Source: Aplysia californica
Taxonomy: Eukaryota
Direction: 5' to 3'
Assembly: GCF_000002075.1 (NCBI RefSeq)
Contig: NW_004797297.1
Span: 2,219,272-2,283,271 of the forward strand
DNA length: 64,000 nucleotides
How positions within the stretch are numbered: position 1 is the first letter of the stretch; every line of letters starts with the position of its first letter. The notes beneath the pieces were generated by a model. The model was not told the origin of the DNA, made no database searches, and saw only the letters and a list, made by a program, of their open reading frames with translations. Of the stretch, positions 1 to 12,260 are shown piece after piece. Both the position numbers and the translations under genes were made by a program.

Positions 1-35
<35 letters not shown>

Positions 36-112
36 GTTTGTGTGTGTGTGTGTGTGTATGAGCTTGTGTGTGTGTGTGTGTGCGTGCACGTGCTTGCGCG
101 CACGTGCGTGTG
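1..112. repeat. (AG)n/(GT)n microsatellite; others at ~12188-12256 (CA), 25668-25728 (GT), 35428-35489 (GT), 42781-42835 (ATCT), 43130-43190 (AAC), 47157-47226 (GAT), 50620-50703 (CTG/CTA), 61497-61722 (CA, GATA)
   Basis: Directly visible simple repeats. Confidence 0.95.
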
Positions 113-1015
113 TATTGAACAGTTTCGAAGCAAAATGCGACATAATATCCTTTTGTCCAGTTTTGAAAAAAAGAAGTGCAGATTTCTACTCTTCACTTAT
201 TTACTGAATAAATTTGAGCAATTTGGCTGAGGCTAAAAATGGTGTAATGCTCAGGCGACATTTTCTGTACTCGTTAGATGTCATCTATGTTGGATTCTTT
301 ATCATCCTATAAGTAATGGGTTCTCCACATATCCGTGAAAAATTGCTGTATATCCACATTGATTGATTGATTGATTGGATTATTACAAAATGATACAGAT
401 CCTTATCAGATGATATTAAGTCCTAAAAGCAACTTGAGGGCGACATGAAAAAGATTAATGACACCATTAATAAAACTGCCATTATAATGGTGACAGGATC
501 AACAGTTTGATTTGAAATCGTTTGTATCTGCTCATCAGTTCAACAATGTCCTTCCATTATAATATTCTGTATTTTTGTCTCAATTGCTATTTTGTAGTTC
601 AACACCAAACCATAATACCACTTCTCTTTGTTTTAAATTTAGCAAAGAGGGATAATTTAAACTTGACGAATATAGAAGAATAATTATATTACTCAGAATT
701 CTCAGGAACAGAAAGAGATGACAACAATTTTTTATTAACTGCAAGCAAATCCATGTAACTCGAGAGGAAAGAACCATTTGGCTTGCCAATATGTCACCAA
801 CTGTGTAGAGACAATGAGGATTCCCGTATGATGTTGATATTTATGTATATTTTATACCCCTCCTCCTCCCCCTCCCCCCATAGCACAAGGAGGATTCACT
901 TGAGTTCACATTTATATGTGTATTTTGGGTGTGTCCCATCAACCCCCACCCACCACACATTTGCACATGTTCACATAATTTATGTATATTTTGTATGTCT
1001 CCCCCCCCCCCAAAG

Positions 1016-1174
1016 GACAACGAGGTAAAGCTGCTGACAGAGATCTCTCACATCAACGAGATCATGGACAGCTTATGCATGCAGGCCAGTGAGCCCTCTG
1101 TGCTGCCAGCCTCCAGCGAGCAGGTCATTGTAGACCTCAAGGGCGTGGACAACTCTGCTTGGAACTTCAACCAG
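1016..1174 (+). CDS. MTSS1: MTSS1/MIM-like gene, internal exon A (end of IMD/I-BAR domain); 5' exons lie upstream of the window
   Basis: caaag|GACAAC...AACCAG|gtagga, phase 0-0. DNEVKLLTEISHINEIMDSLCMQASEPSVLPASSEQVIVDLKG matches the MIM IMD C-terminal pattern E-I-x-H...P-x-x-LP-x-SSEQVI-x-DLKG. Confidence 0.93.
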
Positions 1175-2693
1175 GTAGGATATTGGATTTTTTTCCCTTC
1201 TGCACTTATATTTTTACAAACTTCTCATCCCTTGGGTTTGGTTTTGGGACACTCCCCTTGCACTGGGTTTCGTACTTCAAGGTTTTCAGGTCACAGAGGG
1301 AGGAAGGCTTTTTGACTTTTTTTGGCTCCGTTTGGTTCAACAACTGGTAATTGTAAACCTTTATATTATTGTTTTTTCATACACAGTGTACACATAAGGC
1401 ATTTGTCATATCTATTTGTTTATATATGTAACAATGTAATTTGATTGAGTACTCAAAAGAATAAATGCTAGCATCTGGGTTTTTTTGAGGTGATATTTGT
1501 ACTAGTGCCCTGAAGCAATGCAATGATAATAACAATAAAATTACTTTTATAATATTGATTTCTCTTTAGAATGAGTCAGTTAGTCTCAGAGAAAAAAAAT
1601 TTCATTGATTGAACATTGTTTTAGTTGACTTTTAGTGCTTAGAACTGATATGAAATTGATTTTTGTATATGATGCAAGGCAAAAGAAGTAACAATTCATG
1701 GTTATAACGATTTGCAGTTGAAAGCTCAATATAAGAATCTGCTTTTGTATTTCTGTTCCTTTTGCTGTTTCCCAGTACTCCATGATTGTTGTTGTTTGTT
1801 CATGCTCCTCTGCTTCTCAAGCTGACTTAATTTCTTAAAAAAAATCTCAAGTATTGAAGATTGGAATACGATTACTCTTGTTCTCAACTGAAGAATGCCT
1901 TATCCTAAAGTACAGAATAGAGGCACTTTACAAATGTGAATTTTTATAATTTCAAGTGGAGAGAAATGTATTTTTCTTGGAAATAACTTTGAATTTTTAA
2001 AAACTCCATGATAGGGAGTATAACTTTGCTCTGATTCAGAACAGAAAAAGTTAACTAATTGCTGACGAAGGTCTTTTGGTTTGGATCATAAGTTACTGTT
2101 GGTAAGTTTTGCACTGAAGTAACTGCATTAATGTTGGCCATTTATGGAATGTTTTGCTTCTGCCCTCCCCAACACCCACCTACTCACCTTTCTTATCCTC
2201 TTTCTGTCCCCATCTTACTCTTTTTATTTCTCTTCTTTTCAAAATTTTCATATTTCATCTCTCTGTCAACGAACCCTGTCTGAATCATTTCCTCTTCTTC
2301 TGCACAAACCTCACTGAACTTGGTGATGGGTCACCATATTCTCTCTGCAACTCCACTATCCTCAATACACTTTTTCATGCACATCGTGGCTTATTTCTCT
2401 CTCTTTGTTTCACCTCCTCTTTCCCCTCCTCCACCTCCTCTTCCTGCTTATTGTTCTTGTCTTCCTTATCCTTTCCTTCTTCTCCACCCCTTCTCCTTTT
2501 TCCTTCTCTATACTCCTCTTCCTCTGTTCCTTATCCTTTTTACTTCTTCTCCTCCTGCATTTTTCTTATCCTTCCTCTGTTCTTTCTTGTCCTGCTCCTC
2601 CATTCTCCTCCTCCACCTTCTCTTCCTCATCCATCTTCTCATCCTCCTCAAACCCATCTTCCACCCGGCCCCCTTCTCGCCCAACATCCCCAG

Positions 2694-2837
2694 CAGAACT
2701 CTCCTCCCAGCTCCCCGTCATCGCTGGGCTCTCGCAAGTCGAGTATGTGCAGCATCAACAGTATTAACAGCAGCTCCAGTGGCTCCTCCAAGTCACACTC
2801 GCCCAGCCACACCATGCACAAACGCACCACCTCACAG
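2694..2837 (+). CDS. MTSS1: MTSS1-like exon B (Ser-rich region); alternative start 2697 (CAGCAG acceptor)
   Basis: NSPPSSPSSLGSRKSSMCSINSINSSSSGSSKSHSPS matches MIM PPSSPS...SRKSSxCS...SHSPS. Donor CAG|gtacgc, phase 0-0. Confidence 0.93.
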
Positions 2838-5800
2838 GTACGCACAAGCAAACACACACACAAGTCCCTTTGTGTGTCCTACCCCTCCTTTCATCCACAG
2901 GACTGACCAGTACGTTAGGAACCCTTGATCAATGTCTCTCACCCGTAGGTCTTCTCTTCGTGTTTCAAGTTTGTTTTTTCTCCTAGTGTTTCTGTATTAT
3001 TCTTTGAGGAAATGAATTCCAAGGGGCCGTGTAGCTATCTATTGTGATAGTTGGTTGTTGAATGTTACATGAGCCAGGGCCTTCTAGTTTTAAGAAAAAT
3101 CAACTGAAACACCATAAGCTTTGGTATTTGTACAACGAGTGAGAAAATTCATAGAAACTTGTGTCTACTAAGTAGTGTAATACTCATGGGAATTCTGGAA
3201 AGTGTTTTTAAATTCCACAGTTGAAATGGCATTAGGTCTTGTTCAATGTCGAAAAAAAAAAAGAATTGGGAGTCCTAGTCCATTTTGAGACAACCCTTTT
3301 TGAAGGATTAAAGAAGAAAAACCTTTTCCTTTCTATTTTTGGGGGGGGGGGCATTACTTAAATAACGCCCCCCCCCCTCAAAAAGAAGGGGGAGGGGTTG
3401 TCTGTATATTGTTTGTAAAAAAAAATGTCCTTGATTTTGATAGTTGTCCTGCTTAGGGTTCGCAGGCTACTATTCCTTTCAGTGACTCTTGTTCCTGCTG
3501 TAGAGGAAATTTGTATAGCTTGTTGTCCGTTTCTTTATACGGCCACTAAGCAGACGAAAGCTTGCACCATGTGCATTGCTAGTGAGCATGGGTGTTTGTT
3601 GAAAAATGAAAAGAACGAGTTGTGTGAATTCAATGCCTGTGTACTCTGCTGGAAAATCTGACTATTAGTGATAGTTGTCCCTTCGATGATCCGTGACAGT
3701 ATTTTTTCATGAGATGTAAATGGAGAGACCACAATTTTTTTTCCTTGCACAAGAGATCCACATGGAAGAGTATTATCTTGAACAATCTTCAACCTTTTTA
3801 CTATCATCTGATGCATGTCTTTGACCAGACCTTTGATGAGAATTATTCTGTTAAGTGCTAGTGCTTTCTTTGTGATAAAAATTTTGATATTCTCAGTCAA
3901 GATGTAAAGGCAGTGGTCTTATTTCTTTTTTTTTTTTACCAGCATATTGGGGAGTCCATTCCTGTAACAATTTGAGGTTCAGAGTAAATTAATTCCTCCA
4001 TACCATAGATAAAGAAAATAAGTGAAAATTTTGATGTTTTTCTCATATGTTATGATAATATTGTTATTATAAGTAAAGAAATTCTATGGGTCTCAACAAT
4101 ATTTTGACCTCACTTTATGTGTACAATTATAAATATAGTCATCCTTTGCCAGACCAGAACAGAGGCATTGAGTTAACATGACACAGTTTTTCTTTTTAAA
4201 TTCAGAGATCATGTCATCTTCATGTCATCTTCATGTCATCTTCATCAATGTCCTTTTTCTTATATTGCCTCTTGAGCTGAAGTTTGGCGTTGTACGTTCG
4301 TACTTATTCAACTAGTTGGGTCTGCACAGTGAGGTCTTTCAGATTGGAAAATAGACTGGGGTTTCAGGTTGGGCCATATGCACATTTCAAGCAAAAAATC
4401 ATCAAATATTGACAATCTCCTGTATTTCTATGTGTCATCTAGCTGGTGGACTTGATTAGTCTAGTACCAATGAATGGTGGCCTCTGTCAACACAAAGGCA
4501 AGCAAAGTTAAATATATTTGACAGTTTGTCATTGAAGGGAACAAGATTCCAATTTCGTTTTTATTATTATAAATTATTATTCTAGGCCAAAATAACTGTC
4601 CCCAAAGTTGACATGCTGTCTCAGAGTGGGTGGACCGCTTGGCATGTTTGTGTTGGGGGTCCGTGCAGCATGCCAGCCTGTGTCTTGCTCTTTTTGATAT
4701 GAGGACTGTCAAACTATTTTCACTTTTGTTGCTGTCACAAGTCTCTTGTGTACGAATACTCCGTGGTTTGGGATTTTTAGAAACTTTTGGGTCAGTTCAG
4801 GATGTCTTTGTTTTATTTTTTTTTAAATTGAGGAGATATCTTCTCTCTTCTTGTGGGATGTGTCTATGGAAGTCTGGGTTGACTGTGACTAGTTGAATCG
4901 AAGAAGCTCCCCTCTTATGTAATTTATGTTTTGTTGAAGGAGGCTTAAAATGATTGCAACAAAATTGGGGGTCTGTGTAGAAGAGAAAAGATTGTGTACT
5001 TTCCGCACTATTGCTTCAGGTTCAGCTTTTTGCTTTGAGGGAATAGTGGACTTCTTCTAATAATCATAGCATGTTGTTATTGTTGTTGTTGTTGTTGTTG
5101 TCGTTGTTGTCTTTGTCTTTGTTTATCTAGCAGTGTTTCCTTTCATACTTTTTGGACCAGTGTATTTATCACAGTATAGGTTAGATAGTCTGCACATAGT
5201 AAAAGTAAATGTACCATTCAGGCCTAAGTATTGTATTTTTATCTTTCATATTCCTTGGTGGTTCTTTCTCTGTGAGATTTTCAATGTTTGAATGAGCAAG
5301 CATGAAGCTATGGACGTGAGTGTGTCATGTTCTGTCACTCACTGTACCGTCTCCCTGTCTTGTGAGCTCCACAAGCTGTATGGTGTACTCTTCTTTCTTG
5401 GAATTGCTCAACTTTATGTTGTTGCTACAAATAACTTGTGTACAGCTTTTTTCGTATTTATTCAGATCAGTTCATTCTCTTTTTCTGTTGAAACTTTATT
5501 GTACACAACTAATAATATTTACTTTCTGTAATGATTATGATTTTGTTTATGATTGGATTCATTTTATTTTGATCATAGTTCATTGTGTTTTATCTGTTGA
5601 GTGAAGGCAATGAATATGGACACAGATAGTTTCCCCCAATTGTATGCTATTTGACTCAATGCCTATCTATTCTTATTTTTATTGTATCTTTTATCAGTTG
5701 TAATGGGATTTGGGACTTTCCTTTATGAGATTATTGTTCTTTTTAAAATGAAATTTCTCTATCCTTTACTCTGAATAATCCATCGTACATAACTATGGAG

Positions 5801-6891
5801 CAGCTGTTAAAAGTTTCTTTTAATTTCAGGGAAAAATGATCACATAATGATTTTATTACTATTATATTTTACATGCGTAATATCATTTTTGCCACAAGTG
5901 TTTATTTCCAAACTGTTTATATGAAATGCTTTCCAATTAAATTACGATAACCAAAAAATGCAAATGTGTTTGAGGATTGTAGATGAGAGTGCATTCCCTT
6001 ATGGATCATTAACAAACCCCCAAAAAATCCTTGGTTGGTTGCTTGATTTATGTATACAGTAAGTAGGCATTGAGTCAATACATGCACTGTTGTGTGTCTC
6101 CAGAAGTATTTGCTGATCTGGTTACTCCTTAAAGTGCAGAAATATCTCGTTAAACTCTTGCTTCGCAGACTCTCAGGTCATTACATGAAGTATAACTGAG
6201 GTTCGCTCATAACAATTATACATATTATTAACAACATTAACAGAAATTTTGAAGTATCTTTCCTAGCAAATGTAATGCTGCCAAGTAGTCCCATTTCATT
6301 GTCTATATCTATTGCATTCTTTCATTGGTGTCCATCAATTTAATTATTTCTTACGTTTCACATTATCTTTTCCCGTCCCTCCCCATCTTTGTTCTTTATC
6401 TCTCAAACCCCTGCCTTCTTACTTTTTACAAAATGAACATACAACTGTGTCACCCCCTCTCTAATTACATTTACCTCCACACATTCGCACACTCATACAC
6501 TTCCTTATGCTCATGTGCATTCAAACACTTGACACATACACTCATCCATTAATATACACTCACAAATGCAAATGTGCGAACTCTCTCACACACATCGGAA
6601 TGTATGGACCCACACTCTTGCATACACACTACCCCACATTTTCTCACTTTTATTGGTACCTTCCTCACTGGCATCATCTCTTACACGTCAACCAATCACA
6701 TCAATGCCACTCCCTACCTCCCCCTCTTGTTCCCCTCCTTCACCCCACTTTTTTTATCCTATTCACATCTGGTCACACCCATCTTATGCCCTGCCCAACT
6801 CTGCACTTTCCACATTGACCACTCCCTTCCACTGTCCCTCTTTCCATCACTCCCTCCCTCCCACACCTCCTTCCCTTCCATCGTCAAGCAG

Positions 6892-7005
6892 CCTCTGGTG
6901 GGTGCCATCCGCTTGACCAGCGTCAGTTCCCAGGACTCGGGGTTCACGTCCCAAGACACCCTGTTTCTACGCCCTAACACTCCACAGTCCCTCAGCCTCT
7001 ACCAG
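6892..7005 (+). CDS. MTSS1: MTSS1-like exon C; alternative start 6889 (AAGCAG acceptor)
   Basis: AIRLTSVSSQDSGFTSQD matches MIM RLSSVSSHDSGFxSQD. Donor CAG|gtacgc, phase 0-0. Confidence 0.93.
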
Positions 7006-10000
7006 GTACGCCATTGACGCTGGTCCCACGCAGGCCTGCCTCTCTCACTTGAGATCTGGACCGTACAGATCCTTGTTTTGTAATCAGTAATAGCAACAAA
7101 GTCTTTGTCGTTATTTTTTATTTGTACTACTTTCAATTTTAAAAGACCCCTAAATTTACTCCTAAAGTCGCAAGATATTGCTATTTTTGGTAATGTGAGA
7201 GATGCTTATTGGCCCATTTTATTTTGAAGCAGAAAAAAGCTTTAGGTATTGTAATTGTCAGACTCAAAGCAAAAGCGTCAAATTTAACGACATTATTTTT
7301 GTTAGTAGAAATTTATTGTTGTCCTTGAAGTTGAATTGTTGTGAAAAGCTTTCTCTTTCTTTCATGAGAAAATACCTGTTTTAATGCGGTTAGAGATAAC
7401 TGTAATGCTCAAACTCCTTTCCCAATGTGAATTGAGTAAGTGAGTGTTGTGTTACCCTCGCCTATCTCGATGCTAGTGAATGGAGAGGAAAGTAAGGCAT
7501 TGGAGCAAAAGTGGACATTATTGTCTACTGGAGCCGCATATTGATAAACGTCACTGCATTACTTTTGACCTGGCCTTCCACCCTCCCATCAGCTTATGTA
7601 CTGCTCTGCTTGCATGCATTGCTCTGCCGCTCTTTCCCCTGTTCCCCATCAACTCCTTGTACCTTTGCTTTATCGGAAAGCTTTCTTTGTTATTGGTGTA
7701 CTTCAGATTCAGTTGACTCTTTAGTTTTTACTCACAATATTTTGTCAGATTCACGTTTGGTTGAGATTTTGAGGGGAGAAATTGTGTTGTATTTCCCATG
7801 CTTGCGTTCATGATGGGTTTCATCACAGAATTTTCGTTATTGCCATCAACCTTTCACTCTGTTCATAGGTCATTTTGAAGGCAGGTCACTTTCTACCTGT
7901 CTGTACTTTGGGCTGAGAGGAAATGTTTTTAGGAAGATGAGAAAATATTTAGTACTAGACTCTGGATTTGTACCTACCTATAACCTCACAGGGCTAATCA
8001 TAGTGTGTCTACTACTCCACAGTGGGCAGGTTTGAGAGTAACAAAGTCATCAAGTCGTCTTCACTCACTAGCACAAACTGTCTGACTATCCTTATCATTC
8101 TTCCCGCTTCTACCTGTATTTAGTTGAGCTCGTTTCCAGACAGACTTTATGTATTAGTGTTAATTAGGTATTATTTTCTGAAGCTCAGTCAAGCTGCTTA
8201 AACGAATGGCTTTGCTTGCAGTATCGAATCTTGTTGATTTGGCTTGTAGCATGCTGATCTAAAGTTTGCCTGGAACTTTTGATGTGATGTCTAGCATGGT
8301 CACTTTGCCCAAGTTGGGAAGAGAGGAATAAAACAGGAAAATCGAGGCATGTCGAAGCATGCTCACTCTGCCCAAATTAGGAAAGGGGTGCAAGACAAGA
8401 AAATGTGGGTATTTGAAGTGTCCTTTGCACAAAGTACTTTTGAAAAACATTCTTATAGCGGACAAAGTTTGCAAATGATGTCCTTTGGCTTGGTGTTAAT
8501 ATAAAAGCATGGTTATTTTCTCTCACTGAGACTGGCATCCATGTAGCGTGCCTCCCTATGCATCTGGTGGTAATGTGGTTCCCTCTACAACACATACTGG
8601 ACGTTTGCCCTGTCTCTATTTCTCTCCCTTTCCCTCTCTATCTTTCTGTCTCTCTCTCTTTCGTGCCTCTTTCTATCACCTTCACATAAACAAAAACACA
8701 TACACATTAGAAACCTGAATTTTGGGAAACCAAAACAGCCTGATGACACAAGCGACAGGCATGATTCTTGATTGTGAGGTCTCATTTGGTACTTGGAAAA
8801 TTTTTAATGGGGGAAATGTCTCGTTTGTAAACTATCTGGTTTTGATTATAATTATCAACAAACAGCTGTTAATAAAAAAATGTTTTCTTTTGTTCTTTAC
8901 AACTTAAATGAAAAGACGCTTGAAAATAGTACAGAATAGCATTTTATCTTTTAATTTTTTTTCCTGTGTGAAAGAAACCCCAGAATTTTCTAATACCACA
9001 TAAAACATTGAACTTGACATTATCTAGGAAAGAAAATAGATCCTGGGTGCCATTGTGCTCAATCTGATAGTCCTTCTTGCAGCCTTGGGGGCCAGTGGTC
9101 TCACACGACCCTACATAACTTTTTATGCCTTTAAATCATATCTCAAAACTACACACAGAACATTGTGGAATGTTCAGTTGGCCTTACGTCGAGTTCATTT
9201 TCGAACAGTTGTCTTATTAACTTTAAAATTACGAATATGTGTGCTGAATGCAGAATATATAAGACATGGTGTTTAATTTTTGTTTGGAGCATACAACTCA
9301 GTTAGCTGTTGAGATAGTTGTACTTGTGGGCTCCTTGTTCAGACATTTGTAATGGAATGGCTTGGCTATTTCCCTAGCATTCAAAAGACCTGAGGTCGAT
9401 TTTCTCAACAAAGGGTATTTTAAAGCCTCTCTGTATTCCTACGATGTCCCTCAAAACTTGGTTTGGTATGAAGAGAAAGAGTCAATGTAGCTTGCCTCCT
9501 AAGGAAATTGACTGTGTCGATAGGGTGTATAACATTTTCTACGGTTATAATTACGAGTTCTGATTTTGAAAAAGGTGTCGTGATAGATTCAGCTGAATGC
9601 TGCATGTTTTTGAAGCGTTTTTAGGTATTATTCATTGGTAAATCTGAGGTAGTTTGACTTTGATGTCATGTTCATGAGAAACAAGGGGGGTTTATCCCAG
9701 AACATTTTCTTAACTTTCCGTATAGCAGAGATGAGTGAGCTGTCTGTACTGTTTCTTTCCATTGATCTTCTATTAGCTCATTTTTATAGAGGAACTGATT
9801 TCATTTTTAGGGACATTTACAGTGTTTCAGTGGTATTTTTATGTTTTTAGAGATAGCTTTTAAAAAATAGTTTCTTTTTTATAACCTAGTTCTGAGATAA
9901 GGGTAAGTCTCTGTCTTGGGTAGATCATTCAATTTATTGTACTTTTTTTCATGACCAATACCCTGGCGTGTTCACCTTTAATTTTTTTTGGGTAGAAGTA

Positions 10001-10575
10001 GAGCATTTCATGCAGATCGTTTGGGCTTATATTACAAGTGCTGATTCCTTCAGCTGATGNNNNNNNNNNNNNNNNNNNNNNNNNNNNNNNNNNNNNNNNN
10101 NNNNNNNNNNNNNNNNNNNNNNNNNNNNNNNNNNNNNNNNNNNNNNNNNNNNNNNNNNNNNNNNNNNNNNNNNNNNNNNNNNNNNNNNNNNNNNNNNNNN
10201 NNNNNNNNNNNNNNNNNNNNNNNNNNAATATTGGAAAAGTCGTAGGAGGGAAAAATGTAGACTTTTGCTGTAGAAAGAACTTTAGATTAGTTTTCCTTAA
10301 ATGGGAAATAGACCCCTGTAGTTTGTTGGTTGTAAGCGTCCAAATGGCCGGCATATGGTCTGGCTTGGCTTTGTTTTGATTTTTTAAAAATTCATCATCT
10401 CCAAATCTTGCCACCTTTCATTGACAGATACATAGTTTTTTTTTGGGTTAAAGTTATGTCCGAATTTTACTCAGGAAATGACAAGCTCATATCCCTTATT
10501 TACTACAGAGTAGAGTTCTTTACGATGACACCTGAGGTTGCATATTCTTTTATCTCATTCTGCATCCACTCCCAG

Positions 10576-10759
10576 ACTTCTACTACCCAGGAGCGTGATG
10601 AGGGTGACTGCGACTCCACCCCAACCACTCCCTCGGACAACACGCCCAGTGCCAGTTCCACATGGAACAACTGGCCCAACCTGCCAGGAACCCCACGCAC
10701 AGACCCAGCACGTCCACACACCATCAGCTCTGCCTATGAGAAAGGACACACCAGACCAG
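10576..10759 (+). CDS. MTSS1: MTSS1-like exon D; in-frame alternative acceptor gives start 10591
   Basis: cccag|ACTTCT...AGACCAG|gtgaga, phase 0-1. Contains RPHTISSAYEKGH, which I recall as an invertebrate MIM motif. Confidence 0.85.
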
Positions 10760-11313
10760 GTGAGATAGCTTTTGGGCTAAGATTATTGTATATGGGATGG
10801 GTCTTGCGAATCCTTTATTAGAGATGCAGAAAGAGAATTGTTGATGTAGTTCTATAAATGGGCAAATCCACAATTTTTAAGATATTGTTGTGTTATTCAC
10901 GTTCTCTACCAGTTTATGACTTGTCAAGATGGCAATCCAATTATACCTACAGTCCTGCTGTACCATCAGTTCTGTTGTACCGCCAACTTTATGCTTGTCT
11001 CGAAGTAAGCGGTATAACAAGGTTTTACTGTAGATATGTTCAAAGTCTAACATAGTATTTTTGGTAAAGAAAAATTCTTTCAGGTGTACAGTATACAGTA
11101 CTGGTTTTGCTAAAAGAAAGACAACCCTCTTGAAGTATCCCTACCTTTGAATTGTCAGCATTAATCCCATTCTTAGAAGGTTTGTGGCCACTCATGTGTA
11201 AAGTGTATCTTCTCCGCCGTCTTTTTTCATGGCCGTTATCCCTAACTTTGTGTTTACTGTCATTTCGACTGGCAGCGACCATTTACTTAACTCTATTCAT
11301 CTATTCTTCTCAG

Positions 11314-11502
11314 CCTTGAAGCCAGACATGTTTGAGCCGCCCCAGGAAGGTGTAGAGATGCGACCCAAGACCCTGCGGTCCCAGAGCCAGACCAGCAGCG
11401 GAGGTCGCCCCTCGGCCACCATCAGCAAGCTGCAGCCTGTGCTGCCCCCACACTGCCCTAAGCCCAAGGTCAAGGCTGTGGCTCCTCCCATGTTACCCCC
11501 AG
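11314..11502 (+). CDS. MTSS1: MTSS1-like exon E (Pro-rich)
   Basis: ttctcag|CCTTGA...CCCCAG|gtatgg, phase 1-1. Joins exon D in frame (ALKPDMFEPPQ...PPMLPP). Confidence 0.8.
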
Positions 11503-11805
11503 GTATGGTTCATACTAGAACAAGATTGTGGTACGTGAAGCTCTGAATCTGTTTTGAATAAGTTGTGCTGGAAAGGAAGGATGGAGGAGATCAAGGAATA
11601 ACTGGGAGAAAGAGGATGAAGTGGACAAAGGGAGGAGGAGGAAAAGGTGCTCGAGGAAGCTGGAAAAGGTACAGAGAGATGGTTTGGAGAAGGGAGGTGA
11701 TGAAAAAGTTAAGAAGTGTAAGGGGGCTTGGCCCGCTGAGAAAGGGTCATGCTGCCTTTTTTGTGTTTAGAGATTTGACCAATGATTCCTGATGTCCTCT
11801 CCCAG

Positions 11806-11933
11806 GTGCCCAGCCCATCTATGCCAACATGGCGGAGCTGTCGGGCAAGAATGGCCAGTCGTCTGACCCGTCCTCCCCTGATGATGGTGAACCGACCACG
11901 CCCACCACACCGGCCAGCGTGTCCATCACTCAG
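11806..11933 (+). CDS. MTSS1: MTSS1-like exon F (not in the + strand ORF track)
   Basis: ctcccag|GTGCCC...ACTCAG|gtaaat, phase 1-0. Translates GAQPIYANMAELSGKNGQSSDPSSPDDGEPTTPTTPASVSITQ. GC-rich island in an AT-rich intron. Confidence 0.8.
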
Positions 11934-12198
11934 GTAAATCGACCGTGAACTGGAAAATATGCTTTTATTTAGAAGGAGTGACCTTGTTCTTCTATGTGGC
12001 TCTCTCTCTAATGCCATTTGTTTTTGTTTTTATTTAGAACTTTTGATTTCCTCGTCAACTGTTTCTATGTCTTTCTTTTTTCATAAAACGCTGTCTGTGT
12101 TTTGTCCAGTTTGTCATTTTGTGGCAAGAGAAAGACTGCAGTGATATTAATAAATCCGCTCTTTTTAGTAACTTTCCCCCCCCATCCACACACACTCA

Positions 12199-12260
<62 letters not shown>

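Noticed and set aside
2154-2928. Long hydrophobic ORFs (250, 202, 120 aa) resembling membrane proteins
   Set aside because: Artefacts of a stop-poor C/T tract; only 2694-2837 has splice sites and MIM homology.
5300-5320. Possible 15 nt microexon (HEAMD) before a strong gtgagt donor
   Set aside because: The acceptor lacks a pyrimidine tract; cannot be distinguished from chance.
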